Below are positions 46,401 to 55,288 of a stretch of 64,000 bases of DNA, in pieces. The stretch covers positions 160,001 through 224,000 of the forward strand of contig DXJO01000006.1 in the NCBI GenBank assembly GCA_019057475.1, read 5' to 3'. Every line of letters begins with the position of its first letter. Positions within the stretch are counted from its first letter, which is position 1. This stretch comes from Candidatus Thorarchaeota archaeon (GTDB lineage: Archaea; Asgardarchaeota; Thorarchaeia; Thorarchaeales; Thorarchaeaceae). Position numbers and translations under genes: made by a program. The notes beneath the pieces were generated by a model, which was given only the letters and a program-made list of their open reading frames with translations, ran no database searches and had not been told where the DNA came from.

Positions 46401-48451
46401 TCATCAGTTTCAACTGCTGAAGCTTCAGTTGTGACGTTATGCTTCCAATAGAATTTGAATGTAGGATCACCAAAGTAGATAGACTGATAGACTGTTTCCA
46501 AGCTAACTACATTTGTCATGTCGAATGTCGTAACAACCTCGTACAATGCCGTCTGGAAGGCTTCTTTGGGACTGGCGGTCTGCTGGTCCAGCGCATCTTG
46601 AAGAAAATTATTCCAGAAACGATGGTGGAATCCATCGAAGGCATGATAACCGGCCCACGCAATTCGTGTGGCACCGATGTAAGCAATCGCTCCACCATTC
46701 GTAGCTCGGAAGAAGGCCTCGCCTATCGTCGGTTCTATGCCTTCGACGTCGAACGCTGCGGTTTCGCAAGCCATTGCAAAGGCAAGGAAACTCATGTTGC
46801 CATTATCCAAATCAAGGGCTTCAGAGGCGTATAGGGAATCCACCCACTGGTCATAGGCTCCGTGATCGAAGAAGTCTACTAGGCTAACTCCCGCATTGAT
46901 CCGGTCAATCGTTGCCTGATGAGACAGCGAGCCGTCTGTTGGGTAGAGCCGGTCAACCTCAAAGAACGAGTCGTAGAGAAACCTCTGATTTATCTCTTCT
47001 TCAACCATGTTGGCTCCATCGCCGCTACCGAAGCAGTCGGGAGCAATTAGGAGGAAGTCATCCATCCAGTCGCCAAGAACAGGATTGCTTTCGAATCGAA
47101 TAATAGAAGCACATACTTGCTTTGCTTGTTCAGGAGTCTGAACAGGAAGTCTGCCGACCATTACTTCTGGGAACAGGTCTACGTTATCTTCAAGCTCGCC
47201 ATAGAGCCCGTTGTCATTAGCATCCCAGTCCCCATCTAGGCACTCGAAGTAGAAGTCGCTTGGTTCAGTACCGTTATCGAGCCCTGCACCGGCGTTCTCC
47301 GGATCCCATACCTCGCGAGTCGGTACGATATCGCAATCGCCAACAAGCAAGTAATACTCGGTCCCCCTATCGTGGTACGTCGCGTTGATGAAATCGCGTA
47401 CCTGCTCTGCATGGTCGTCCCCAGAATACCATGCGTAAATGTCCTGCACTGTTTCTATGGTGACATTGAAGCCAATATCTGTCTTCCAATCCACGAAATC
47501 CTCCAATGCAGTTACAAACGTTTCATCAGCAATGAGGATATAACCTTCGCCGTTGTCGAATGACGGTCCGAAGGATGTTGAAGGATTGATGAAATCTTCG
47601 GGTGAGATGGGCACATCGAATTGAATCTCAACAGTCAATTGGATAGCAAGCAGGCCCTCCTTTGTGGTTGGATTGTATCGGAGCGGACGCAGTGTCATGT
47701 AAAGCCCCTGTTCGTCACCCATATTCACGATATCGGTTTCAATGACATTATCTGGTGCAAACGTAGCCAAAGCGTAAGCATCTGGATCAAGGAAAAGCCC
47801 TTTCAGAGATCCCAGTTGATTTGAAACTTGCAGTGGTTCAGGCCCCGGAATGATTCTAAGTCCATTAATGGACTCGAACATTTGGTCACGAACCTCAATG
47901 GATTTCACATTGGCATAGTCAGGGATGGAGAGCATTATGTTTCTGTATGGCAGTGTTGGGCGTCCGTGATCCTGGCTGAGCTGAGTGTTTGGAACTACTA
48001 AGCTTTGAAAGACACCTTCTTCAAAAGAGTACGTGATTGTGCTGTAGCTACCAATTGAAACATCAACGTAGAGAGTGTCACCTGCAACCTCATAGCGAAT
48101 GTCCATGCCAGAGCCTGCGTCTTCGTACAGGCGTGTTTCCCAACGTTGAATGCCCTCTGCGGATTGCCTGTAAGGCGCTAGCATGTCGCGGGAGTCAAAC
48201 CAGTTGTTTTTTTCGTCTAGACGATACCAGTCATCGTCGGTGCTTGACGGTTCCTTTGAGCTCAATGGCTGAGCGCGGTCTTTGGTTGATGACGATACAA
48301 ATGAGTCATCAAGTGTATTGAGTTGTTTAGTTATGCCCTCCGTTGAGTTTCCAGATGGAAAATAGCTGGAAAATGGCACGGTTAGCGGCGGTACAAAAAG
48401 CAAAGAGATCACTGCCAGACACAGCAGTTTGGAAAGCAAATCGGTCCTCAT
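40493..48451 (-). CDS. Giant surface-anchored C25 (gingipain-like) cysteine peptidase
   Basis: Signal peptide, C25 propeptide (GRPTLP), YYLLVGD, SDFYF, VGRLP, catalytic DHG and MAC; CARDB/Ig repeats; C-terminal TM plus RRRR. Confidence 0.9.
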   Translation of the reverse strand: MRTDLLSKLLCLAVISLLFVPPLTVPFSSYFPSGNSTEGITKQLNTLDDSFVSSSTKDRAQPLSSKEPSSTDDDWYRLDEKNNWFDSRDMLAPYRQSAEGIQRWETRLYEDAGSGMDIRYEVAGDTLYVDVSIGSYSTITYSFEEGVFQSLVVPNTQLSQDHGRPTLPYRNIMLSIPDYANVKSIEVRDQMFESINGLRIIPGPEPLQVSNQLGSLKGLFLDPDAYALATFAPDNVIETDIVNMGDEQGLYMTLRPLRYNPTTKEGLLAIQLTVEIQFDVPISPEDFINPSTSFGPSFDNGEGYILIADETFVTALEDFVDWKTDIGFNVTIETVQDIYAWYSGDDHAEQVRDFINATYHDRGTEYYLLVGDCDIVPTREVWDPENAGAGLDNGTEPSDFYFECLDGDWDANDNGLYGELEDNVDLFPEVMVGRLPVQTPEQAKQVCASIIRFESNPVLGDWMDDFLLIAPDCFGSGDGANMVEEEINQRFLYDSFFEVDRLYPTDGSLSHQATIDRINAGVSLVDFFDHGAYDQWVDSLYASEALDLDNGNMSFLAFAMACETAAFDVEGIEPTIGEAFFRATNGGAIAYIGATRIAWAGYHAFDGFHHRFWNNFLQDALDQQTASPKEAFQTALYEVVTTFDMTNVVSLETVYQSIYFGDPTFKFYWKHNVTTEASAVETDEEVQLDGTCSLFYNNTPIVGTVNVTVKDPFGTIVYDDALATNVLGEYTATFYVNEYPGRYTVETTVHNPFVRTTLTDFYVGSLNVAVGLDSAPIYNALLDFSGTSDQDGSGTAYLLDAQGSVLQTKVFTITSGAFSSDINVTGFGMLSLYIEADNGTHHGGDKVFFQVKRGDVLVIADDAGEWGPSYPGGWVDDNAGDSTNYADFYVALHEEYNVSIYYPRWNSTPSLSLLDLYNIVVVSVGDNYGYPLVAPNSYLLDVLFDYHNNGGNLLFEGCSILNTLDAEHGAIFPSLFHVEFDQHITNSGSLNLETGAHPITSGLPATIPLAGGLGSPYADVFSPTNGSMHVGGYSGSFTGDSAISALSPLTSITFGGVVFIGFSIDAIGSQEYRSQLIKNSAAFLLYPSLMATLSDDALRTGTSETITIDVVECANGTPIPNAHVTFDGCGISASNHTSVDGTCTIFINPSTEGIIEVNIMKSGFLNCTTGIIVYDTPIVDLDTDPIYLMKEETQALTVFASDYYEGSPLEDCFINLIGCGVADSGYTNSSGLIDFVLTPTVGGLISIEANLTGHINFTGYIPVRITAAVLYGFGTIYPDYCCWDEINFRWQSYGSVPIFIDYTTFSAPDFTLQALEDFNADVLILSHVYDPYTTEQNDAIMNYVRQGHGLLSTSSSMPMNAEDLASFYGLADSITYTADSITDFDILNLAHPIFQGMSTPYGVGYGGMSFHPQSSGWDSSVLNGASYQALDVSSQNYGAVLTHRGLAYCSHIPEYWSSTADIQFIYNALQWSDYEIPEHDLSVALDAPGHLNPGDSTLLNATVSNYGLNSETDVLLQLFIDGIEVDSLLIPTLNNGTSETLSYSWTPAVEDVYNVTAYAAPVPDEASITNNGVTSMVVVFEIAITGPVAVFQVWDPWGSPAIRDILTAWGISYDIFLSSDIGSVDLSPYEKVVIASEQPSAFMEAVYSNLDWFEDYASQGGILEVHAATDSYWVNGMIPGGPTYVAFYGDVVSIVNPVHPILLNPNLITDAELDNWWWSVYGYLDSIPAGADIILVAEPDYPALIEFRFGAGAIVISTQTLEYGFENGSSRILENILLHIPIIYDHDLAAGLQAPERLSPGDSVLLNATAFNTGLNIETNVLLQLFIDDIEVDSLFISELANGTSQTLSYLWTPTLEGTYNVTAYVAPKPDDENTGNNAATRLVSICELHDYTMEEGSATWLDAKANGENLYLNGDDVYTSVALPFNFRFYDGTFDTVYISSNGWLSFSNPDPREYSNPQFPSADPDFAYALAPFWDDLWADNNVYAWVTADWAVIQFDNYDHLGGSLLGTFEVVLYADGLIQFNYLEIVNVFSATVGLNHGDGIHYNNYLDDDLEGVTDFALRFTYHAYEHDLAVSLNVPSELPVDTLFIIDATVTNLGTSDEVGVAFSLYIDDALVSSVTIPQLNSYESYVLSYPWIPTEMRTYNITAYAEPVLGEPFTGNNVATALPSVGGTYFFIVTPTIGATVFGGQVYVEFDASDSENLQEIHVFVNGEFITSLWNATGNSDLIVPVFQNGTNTILLMAFWWDLTTLNATVTVDSIDVVPIALPNPGDYVNWRIETDLYTEDMNFTFGDWLSEFEVNVSMTIHLYNESGTIMLGEFGMIVNVLNGYIPFADMGWDHMHFFCFSGLQSLEVIGSFADMGDAAPFFAWNDLLFVDGSTIYEGYAVWTLSNEEHMMTAYALRPTGMLVYIRSDDPLNPMEGYITETNLLPAYDTTAPVWAEDPTDQNVELGHALSYGLTAIDPSGISTWWLNDTVRFAVSADGLVTSIVSLEEGTYGLHIWVNDTLGNTLSGTFSVSVQDTLPPEIDHPEDINYTLGETGNSITWHPTDALPASYEISIDGTVVRSGPWNSSSEVISISVDGLDSGTYSYTLIVTDEHGLSSSDTELVTVSEPTTPIPPIDMTIVIIIIMGVVVVVIIVAVVLRRRRAY
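42785..44030 (-). repeat. Intragenic duplicated CARDB-like domains (about 42790-43100 and 43720-44020; third diverged copy about 41950-42245)
   Basis: DNA similarity, e.g. aagagctggagcagaacat and taggagagtgt in both copies; HDL..L.AP..L.PGDS.LLNAT protein repeat. Confidence 0.8.
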
Positions 48452-48597
48452 TGGGAATCCCCTTTTTTTGGCGTGCGCAAGGAATAAGCGGCCAAAACTC
48501 TGTCTATGTTACAGAATTCAGCATTGCTCTGGCTTCGTCCGTCCTTACCACAGGAGTTCTAAGAAATAAATGCTATTAATTGTTTGCAGTTTTTACA

Positions 48598-49077
48598 TTA
48601 TTCAGCTTCGTCATACTCTTCAAAGACCGACCAGTTCGGTGCGTATTCGATTGGTTCAAGGTCCCGCTCTTCTAGTTGCAGGCCCTCAGCTTCTGCCACT
48701 GCTAGTCGTAGTGTGTAAGACTTAGCACCCTCCCAGCGCAGGTAATCATTCAAGTCCGCAGAGAACTCGCCCTGATACCGCCCACACTGTCCGCTACAGA
48801 ACACCTTACTATTCTCGCGGATCTCAAGAATCCCACTACAATATTTGCAGAAAGCCTCCATTCCATGGGCATGTAATCGGCCATCAATCAAGCGTACGAG
48901 AAAGACAGTGTCGTCGAGATTGCAGACGCCCCACTCCTCGCCTTCATGGGTTGTCTTTTGCCACAGTTGTCCTTTTGGACGCTCCCGCTTCACAACCACC
49001 GGAGGCTTAGGTTGACTGACTTCTTTCTTCTCGGACTCGTCGAAGTCGGCCAGCCTTGTCTGCACAGAACGCCTCAT
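48598..49077 (-). CDS. C4 zinc-finger protein with N-terminal PIP-box-like motif
   Basis: QTRLADF; CKYC...CSGQC. Confidence 0.75.
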   Translation of the reverse strand: MRRSVQTRLADFDESEKKEVSQPKPPVVVKRERPKGQLWQKTTHEGEEWGVCNLDDTVFLVRLIDGRLHAHGMEAFCKYCSGILEIRENSKVFCSGQCGRYQGEFSADLNDYLRWEGAKSYTLRLAVAEAEGLQLEERDLEPIEYAPNWSVFEEYDEAE

Positions 49078-49129
49078 GCAGTGATGTGCCTACAGGGACT
49101 GATAAACACGTAGACATGGACCGCCTGTG

Positions 49130-50098
49130 TTAGCTTGATAGATCGGTTATCCTTTCAAGCATCCATTCTTCTATGTGCTTCTTTTTCTTCCATGTATCCT
49201 CGAAGGGGGTCTCCACAAGATCTCGACCTGATTCCCCAACCATGATACCTGTCTTGCCCTCGAGTATGCAGTCAATGGCATATGCACCAAGGCGTGTTGC
49301 CAGAATCCGATCACAATGGGTGGGATTGCCTCCTCTCTGGATGTAGCCAAGAATAGAAACCCTGCAACCCTCTTCCACCTTGTCGGTGAGCTTTGAAGCT
49401 ATTGCAGTAGCGTCCCCGGCTTCGTCGCCTTCTGCCACGATGATGATGGAACTCATCTTACCTTTTCTTCGCTCCTCAATGATAATCTGGGCGAGTTCAT
49501 CAAGATCCGTGGGAGTTTCAGGGATTATTATTGCAGAGGCACCGCTCGCGATTCCCACGTGTGCCGCGATTGCTCCCGAATGCCGCCCCATCACCTCGAT
49601 AAGGAACACCCTCGAAAACGCTTCTGCAGTGTCTCGAATCTTGTCGATTGCCACTAGAGCATTGTTCACTGCAGTGTCGAAACCTATCGAATGGTCTGTA
49701 CCAAAGACATCATTATCGATAGTTCCTGGCACGCCGATGAGCAACCCGTCTTTCCATCGTTTCCCAAGCTCGTAGAGCCCTCTCATGGTTCCGTCCCCCC
49801 CGACAGCAATCAGCGCGTTTATGTCCTTCTTCTTTAATTTCTCAGCCGCTTTCTTGAGACCCGCTTTGGTCTTGAACTCCTCCGATCGGCCAGTAGTGAG
49901 TATAGTGCCACCTCTGTGGATGATCTTTGCCACCGACCTTGCGTCAAGAAAAACGTACGCTTCATCAAGGATTCCTTGGTATCCTCCAACGATACCGTAT
50001 ACTTGGAATCTCTGCTTGCAGCCGATTCTAACAATGGCCCTGATACAGGCATTCATCCCGGGGCTGTCTCCGCCGCTGGTCAGAACTCCTATTCTCAT
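49130..50098 (-). CDS. pfkA: ATP-dependent 6-phosphofructokinase
   Basis: TSGGDSPGMN, GGDGT, PGTIDND, EVMGR and LGYIQRGG motifs. Confidence 0.95.
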   Translation of the reverse strand: MRIGVLTSGGDSPGMNACIRAIVRIGCKQRFQVYGIVGGYQGILDEAYVFLDARSVAKIIHRGGTILTTGRSEEFKTKAGLKKAAEKLKKKDINALIAVGGDGTMRGLYELGKRWKDGLLIGVPGTIDNDVFGTDHSIGFDTAVNNALVAIDKIRDTAEAFSRVFLIEVMGRHSGAIAAHVGIASGASAIIIPETPTDLDELAQIIIEERRKGKMSSIIIVAEGDEAGDATAIASKLTDKVEEGCRVSILGYIQRGGNPTHCDRILATRLGAYAIDCILEGKTGIMVGESGRDLVETPFEDTWKKKKHIEEWMLERITDLSS

Positions 50099-50168
50099 AG
50101 CTGAAGCGTATGTGGGTTTTCAGATATAGCCATTCTGGCGAATGCAAACGGGTCGACTATGGGGCGTT

Positions 50169-50657
50169 TCAACCAGGAGGATTCTCAGCAAAGAACATCA
50201 GGTAATCAGTACCGGGGATCTCCTTACCAAGCGCCCTTAAGGTCATGACAAGTTGGCCTCGATGGTGTGTGTTGTGAAATAGATATTGCAGATAAAAGTC
50301 TAGAACGTCCATCTCAAATGGTTTGTCAGTCAGGTGTGGGACCATTATCTTGCCCTGTGGAATCTCCGCGATTGTCTTGCTCAATCGAGTATCCAATCGA
50401 GCCCATCGGCTTAGAAGCTCATCCATTGAGTATCTTTCAACTGCTTCGAACACTGTCCGATCAGATGATTCGTCTGCAATGTAGAAGCACGTTTCCAGCG
50501 CAAGAACAATATGCTCGCTTAGACCTCTTGCCGTTTTTGTTCCGATCTTCTTGTTGAGCTCCTTCTTAGTCAGTTTGCTGACCAATGCTCTGATTCTTTT
50601 TCCTGCCCAGAGATTGTACTGTCCAAGATACTTGAAGGTCGTTTTGGATTCCTCCAT
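50169..50657 (-). CDS. DinB-family protein
   Basis: YN.WA, EHI and HNTHHRGQL motifs. Confidence 0.88.
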   Translation of the reverse strand: MEESKTTFKYLGQYNLWAGKRIRALVSKLTKKELNKKIGTKTARGLSEHIVLALETCFYIADESSDRTVFEAVERYSMDELLSRWARLDTRLSKTIAEIPQGKIMVPHLTDKPFEMDVLDFYLQYLFHNTHHRGQLVMTLRALGKEIPGTDYLMFFAENPPG

Positions 50658-50753
50658 GTGCTTCGTAAGGTCACAACTAGCTTAGCTGAACTTTCTCTTC
50701 TTTGTATCGGTTTGACTAAGGTGTCGATTTGACAAGCCACTCTTGGTTGCCCT

Positions 50754-51710
50754 TCAAACCAGGTTCTTGAACTTCAGATAGAACAACAGTGGTACGGTGA
50801 TGATTAAGCTGAATAGCGTGATGATGACAAACGCAAATGGGTCGCTCTCTAGCGGAAGACCGACGTTCATCCCATACAAACTTGCTATCAGTGTCGGCAC
50901 ACTCACAACTAATGAGATTACGGTCAGAGTCTTCATGACCTTGCTTAAGTTATGACCTACAATGCTGTCGTATGCATTCATAGCATTATTGATGAGATCT
51001 CGATAGATGGCGCTCAATCCCATTTGCTGCTCAAGATCAACCTCAAGTTCCTCAAGCCTATCAGCATCGAGTGGCATCTTGCCAATCATGTGAACTCTCT
51101 TCAATCTCCGCAAGACCCTCATGTTAGCCTTAAGGGCTGCCTCCATGAAGATTGTATCTCTTGAAAGCTGGAAGAAACGGTCAAGCTGCGACGGGTAGAG
51201 CTCGGCTAGCAGGCGATCCTCCATGTTGTTAATTGTAGCCTCAACAATATCAAGCGTATATTCAAAGGACTTGATGATGGTTTCCCACAGTTGGTAAATG
51301 ACCTCACTTGGTGTGGTGCTGTTTCGAAGCTTCACCCACACCCGGTCCTTCCTAAGAGGGACAAGCTGATTCTTTACAATGATGATGTCGCGTCCGTTCG
51401 TGAAGACACCAATTGGGTAGGTGGAGTACGGGCGCTCTTCTACATTGAGATTGACGGGCACTCGAAGTATAAGCATGGTATACCTGTCTTCTATCTGAAG
51501 CCGAGGTCTCTCGTCCAAGTCCTGGACATCCTGCAAGTCCTCAAGGTCGATCTCGAAACGCTGAGATATCTTCGCTAAATCCTTGGGAGTAAAATCAACT
51601 AGATCGATGAGCAACGGTACGTCTGGAGCTGCGTCAAGGTTGTCATGTTTTATCCCACTCTCCAATTCGATTATTGTGAAGGTGCGTTTCTCCTTCTCTA
51701 TACCGCTCAT
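50754..51710 (-). CDS. corA: CorA-family Mg2+ transporter
   Basis: ERPR; MKTLT...PTLIASLYGMNV; two C-terminal TM; GAGGTGG before the ATG at 51710. Confidence 0.92.
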   Translation of the reverse strand: MSGIEKEKRTFTIIELESGIKHDNLDAAPDVPLLIDLVDFTPKDLAKISQRFEIDLEDLQDVQDLDERPRLQIEDRYTMLILRVPVNLNVEERPYSTYPIGVFTNGRDIIIVKNQLVPLRKDRVWVKLRNSTTPSEVIYQLWETIIKSFEYTLDIVEATINNMEDRLLAELYPSQLDRFFQLSRDTIFMEAALKANMRVLRRLKRVHMIGKMPLDADRLEELEVDLEQQMGLSAIYRDLINNAMNAYDSIVGHNLSKVMKTLTVISLVVSVPTLIASLYGMNVGLPLESDPFAFVIITLFSLIITVPLLFYLKFKNLV

Positions 51711-51881
51711 CGTATCCACCTCGTATGCAGTTTCGTATCGCTGACATCTTTCTTTACCCAACTAGATAGGTGGTTCTATTACATGCGAACCTTAGAACAC
51801 AATTGTGCCTTTTACCCTGGGGCCTGTAGATATCCGCTGTTGCCCTTTTAGGGTTTTCCGCATACTTCAAGAACGAACAGA

Positions 51882-53198
51882 CTAGATTATCACACTCTCG
51901 ACTTCGACCTTGCGGTTCTTCAAGCCTAGCGCTGTTGAGAGTATTGTCTTTCCACCAAACAGCTCTGCCTCTGGCTCTCCGCGATAAAGTGCGTCTGCTA
52001 TCCGTGCTAAAGCGTCCGCCTTCATGATTCCACTGCCACTAGCACCTCCAACGACCAAGACACCCGATTCCTTGTAGACAAAGGGAATCCTGTCCGGGGC
52101 ATAGCTGTAACCTCCTGCCCAGCTATTGACGGGTCTCGCATCGGTGAATGCAGGGAAGTACTTGGATAGAACCGGATAGATTGAATCCTCGTAGTAGGCG
52201 CTCTCGGGAACAAGGTCTTCATCGGTCTGTATGTATTTGTACTCGCGACCGAACTTGTCGCCGCAGCCTATCCAGAATCCTTTCTCTTGATGTTGCGGTC
52301 TGAAATAGACTCCTGCAGAGGGAAGAATCGTGAACGGGATGGAGTCCATCTCACTGAATCCCTTGGTGTTGAGTACTTCAAGCAACTCCGCCTTGTCTTC
52401 TGCATGCAAGACGAAAATTTGACGCTTCTTCGCCTTCGTCAAGCTGTCAATCCCTATGGGATCTAGAAGCTCATTGGCCCAAGCTCCAGTCGCGAGAACT
52501 ACCGTTTCAGCCCTGATGTTGCCCTTGTTGGTTCTAACACCGACCACATGCTTCTTCTGCCATACAAATGGCTCACCAGGCAATTCTAGCGGAGGGTCGG
52601 CTTCGACAATGAGGGTCTGAACGTCAACCCCATAGCGAGGCTTCACTTTGCTGATCTTAATGAACTCCTCTAGGTAGTGCTCTACAAGGCGTGTTGGATC
52701 CAAAACACCGCAGTCTGCTCCAAAGAGGCCATAGCTTACCTCTTGAAGGTTCATCAGCTCAGCCTCCTCGTCTCCAGCAAAGTCAACATTGAGATTCGGA
52801 ATTAGCTCCTTTAGCTGCTTCTTGTCATAGACTTTACAGCTAATATCGGACTCCTTCATTCGCTTCATCCAAAGCTTTACACTCTCGTGGCTGAATTGCT
52901 CCTCACTCAGAAGCCAGAGGTACCCTGTTTTTTCAAACATCAGGTCGTAGCCTATCTCGTTCTGCACGTGTTCGAAATACTTGATGGAGGTGTCAGTGAG
53001 CAGTTGATTAGTAGAAGATGCGAACATATTCCGCACCGCTGCGGCACTCATGGCAGTGTTAGCTTGCCCTGCAGCCAAATATCTATCAACAAGAAGTATC
53101 TTCTTTGACGGATTGTTCTTTTGCAGGTAGTAAGCAGTGGCAACTCCAATCACACCAGCTCCCACGACTACTATGTCAACGGACTCTTCATTGCTCAA
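51882..53198 (-). CDS. FAD-dependent oxidoreductase (DAO / sarcosine oxidase beta / dye-linked dehydrogenase subunit family)
   Basis: GAGVIG, VVLATGAW, WAGGY and SGSGIMK motifs. Confidence 0.88.
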   Translation of the reverse strand: MSNEESVDIVVVGAGVIGVATAYYLQKNNPSKKILLVDRYLAAGQANTAMSAAAVRNMFASSTNQLLTDTSIKYFEHVQNEIGYDLMFEKTGYLWLLSEEQFSHESVKLWMKRMKESDISCKVYDKKQLKELIPNLNVDFAGDEEAELMNLQEVSYGLFGADCGVLDPTRLVEHYLEEFIKISKVKPRYGVDVQTLIVEADPPLELPGEPFVWQKKHVVGVRTNKGNIRAETVVLATGAWANELLDPIGIDSLTKAKKRQIFVLHAEDKAELLEVLNTKGFSEMDSIPFTILPSAGVYFRPQHQEKGFWIGCGDKFGREYKYIQTDEDLVPESAYYEDSIYPVLSKYFPAFTDARPVNSWAGGYSYAPDRIPFVYKESGVLVVGGASGSGIMKADALARIADALYRGEPEAELFGGKTILSTALGLKNRKVEVESVII

Positions 53199-53264
53199 AA
53201 TGACAAGCCTCCAACGTGTGTTGCGGCCGAGAACAATGCCCGCCTAAAACAGTTTCCGTGCACC

Positions 53265-53317
53265 AAAAGAAAAAAGGTGCCAGAGGGGCAGCAGAGCAAC
53301 CTCACTGCCTATCTGGC
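53265..53317 (-). terminator. Stem-loop plus U tract after the nuclease gene
   Basis: Minus strand GCCAGATAGGCAG...CTGCCCCTCTGGC, then ACCTTTTTTCTTTT. Confidence 0.55.
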
Positions 53318-53347
53318 CTGTAGTTTCCTGCTTTCATCGTAGCCGGG

Positions 53348-55009
53348 TTATATCTCTAGGACACACATGAGCACATCATGATCCGAGCTCCTAATCCCAG
53401 TATTCCGATCGTAGACATATGTCCAATAGGGAAAGTCAGGATTGAAATGGATCACCATGGCCTTATGAAAGGCTTTCTTCAACGATGGTGTAAGCAGAAT
53501 GTGGTCTAGACATTCCGATACCCCCCTGTAGATGTAGGTGTAGCGATCTTCTTTTTCTACCTCATAGTTCAGATGGTTCAACCCACCAACAGTCAGCGCT
53601 GCCAATGTTGCGCTATCCACGAAGTCGTTTAGATCACCAATCACAACGACCTTCGCGTCTGGATGGCCATCATCAATCTCGTCAACTAAGCTACTGACCC
53701 ACTCTGCCTGTTCGATGCGTCGGGGCTCTGGATCCGCATAGTATGGTTCATAGACACCCTTCGACTTGAAGTGATTGATAATCAACCACAGATCTGAGGT
53801 GCTTCCTTTCTTCCCCAGAATCTCAAGATTGACCACCAGGGGTGGTCGCGAGAAGAGTGGATTGGCTCCCTCTGGGCAAACGTAATTGGGGTCTGTACCA
53901 GGTCCGTAGCCATCGTTCAAGTATGTGTGATACTGCCTAGCCTCCGCATAGTTAACCGAGCCAACTCTATCAGTTCGATAGAGCAGACCAACATTGATTC
54001 CGCGGACATCTGGCCCATCAATGAGGATTGCCTCATATTCAGCCTCAATTGGCCACGTTGCTGCCAGTTGCTGAAGGAGTTCAATCTTCTCTACTTCTTG
54101 CACTGCGATTAGATCAGGCTCGCCTAGGAAATCATGAATGGCGTGAGCATGCTTCGCAAAATCCGTTGCAACGTAGTAGTCATCAAAGAAGTTGTACATG
54201 TTGTAGGTGGCAATCGTTAGAGCCTTGTAATCCTTGGCTGGCTTCAAGTTGTGCCCTTGTTCAATTACTTCGAGCTCGATGTTCCTAGCTGGCTGTATCT
54301 TGTACTCGTCGTAGGTGTAATCGAGCGGCCCGTATAGACCTTTAACCACCCAACCGGATTCGACTTCAAGTCGACACCCGCCTTCATCATCCACAAAGAT
54401 TAGCTCGCCTGTGCCAACGGGGTCGTCCTGGAACACTCGCTCGACATTTAGATCCTCGACAACACCAGCGAACTCGTTAAAGCGATCTGTACCAGCCACC
54501 ACTTTCATGTCTGAAACCGAAACAAGCATCCCCTCAAGCGATTCATAGTAAGCATCGGATGCATAGTCACGGCGTGGCGGATTGAGCTCAACTGCGTCAG
54601 GAAGTGGATTGTCACTGGACAGGATAGTGATAGTCCTTGCATAGTATACCTCGGTCAACCCGTAGTACTCCTTGACCTTTCCGACCAAGTAAATCTCATC
54701 GCCGACATTCACATCCGTCCAACGATTGTAAACGAAGATCCCGTCAGAGGTATCCGGATTACCGTCACCCTCTGAATCTTGAAGGAAGAACCCTTTCTTA
54801 TTCTCACCTTGGTAATCGGCTGTGACAATACCCGTAGTTTCCAGATACGTGTATTGATGCGGTGATTCAAAACCATCGCCTTGGATATCCCCGATTCTAT
54901 AGAATGTATAAGCATGAACCAGAGTTGGACTCATAATAACGAGAAATCCAAGTGTAGTCAGAATGTACAGCGTAAGCAGCCTACGTATTTGTTTCTGCGT
55001 CATTTTCAT
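53348..55009 (-). CDS. ExeM/NucH-like extracellular endonuclease (OB folds plus EEP domain)
   Basis: Signal peptide; IGDIQG, GFFLQD...SDGIFV, ESLEGM, ATYN, VQE, NHFKS, GDLND, LDH and SDHD motifs. Confidence 0.9.
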   Translation of the reverse strand: MKMTQKQIRRLLTLYILTTLGFLVIMSPTLVHAYTFYRIGDIQGDGFESPHQYTYLETTGIVTADYQGENKKGFFLQDSEGDGNPDTSDGIFVYNRWTDVNVGDEIYLVGKVKEYYGLTEVYYARTITILSSDNPLPDAVELNPPRRDYASDAYYESLEGMLVSVSDMKVVAGTDRFNEFAGVVEDLNVERVFQDDPVGTGELIFVDDEGGCRLEVESGWVVKGLYGPLDYTYDEYKIQPARNIELEVIEQGHNLKPAKDYKALTIATYNMYNFFDDYYVATDFAKHAHAIHDFLGEPDLIAVQEVEKIELLQQLAATWPIEAEYEAILIDGPDVRGINVGLLYRTDRVGSVNYAEARQYHTYLNDGYGPGTDPNYVCPEGANPLFSRPPLVVNLEILGKKGSTSDLWLIINHFKSKGVYEPYYADPEPRRIEQAEWVSSLVDEIDDGHPDAKVVVIGDLNDFVDSATLAALTVGGLNHLNYEVEKEDRYTYIYRGVSECLDHILLTPSLKKAFHKAMVIHFNPDFPYWTYVYDRNTGIRSSDHDVLMCVLEI

Positions 55010-55288
55010 TCTCTCTCCCTTTTTGAATGTCAAGACATGCTTCTGGAGCTGGTCGTTTGACATCTAATGGCTGCATGTGTAGGCACACTATTTGTTTGTT
55101 ATGCTTCGGATCCCCTTATGCCGCTGAAACCAAGCCCTGCCTGGAGCATCTCCAGTCGGTGGAATAACGCCAAGCGATTCAATCTCGCATTTCGCGTGGT
55201 GCTATTATTACCAATACCAGATGCTAATACATGCCGAGGGATTGTTATGCCAGACACTATCAACCCCTTCGGTTAGAGGTGTGACGAG

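Noticed and set aside
55067-55288. Second amber read-through extending the kinase N-terminus (the upstream ORF is in frame and ends in TAG)
   Set aside because: A good GAGGTG ribosome site precedes the TTG at 55289 and the upstream peptide looks non-coding; probably coincidence
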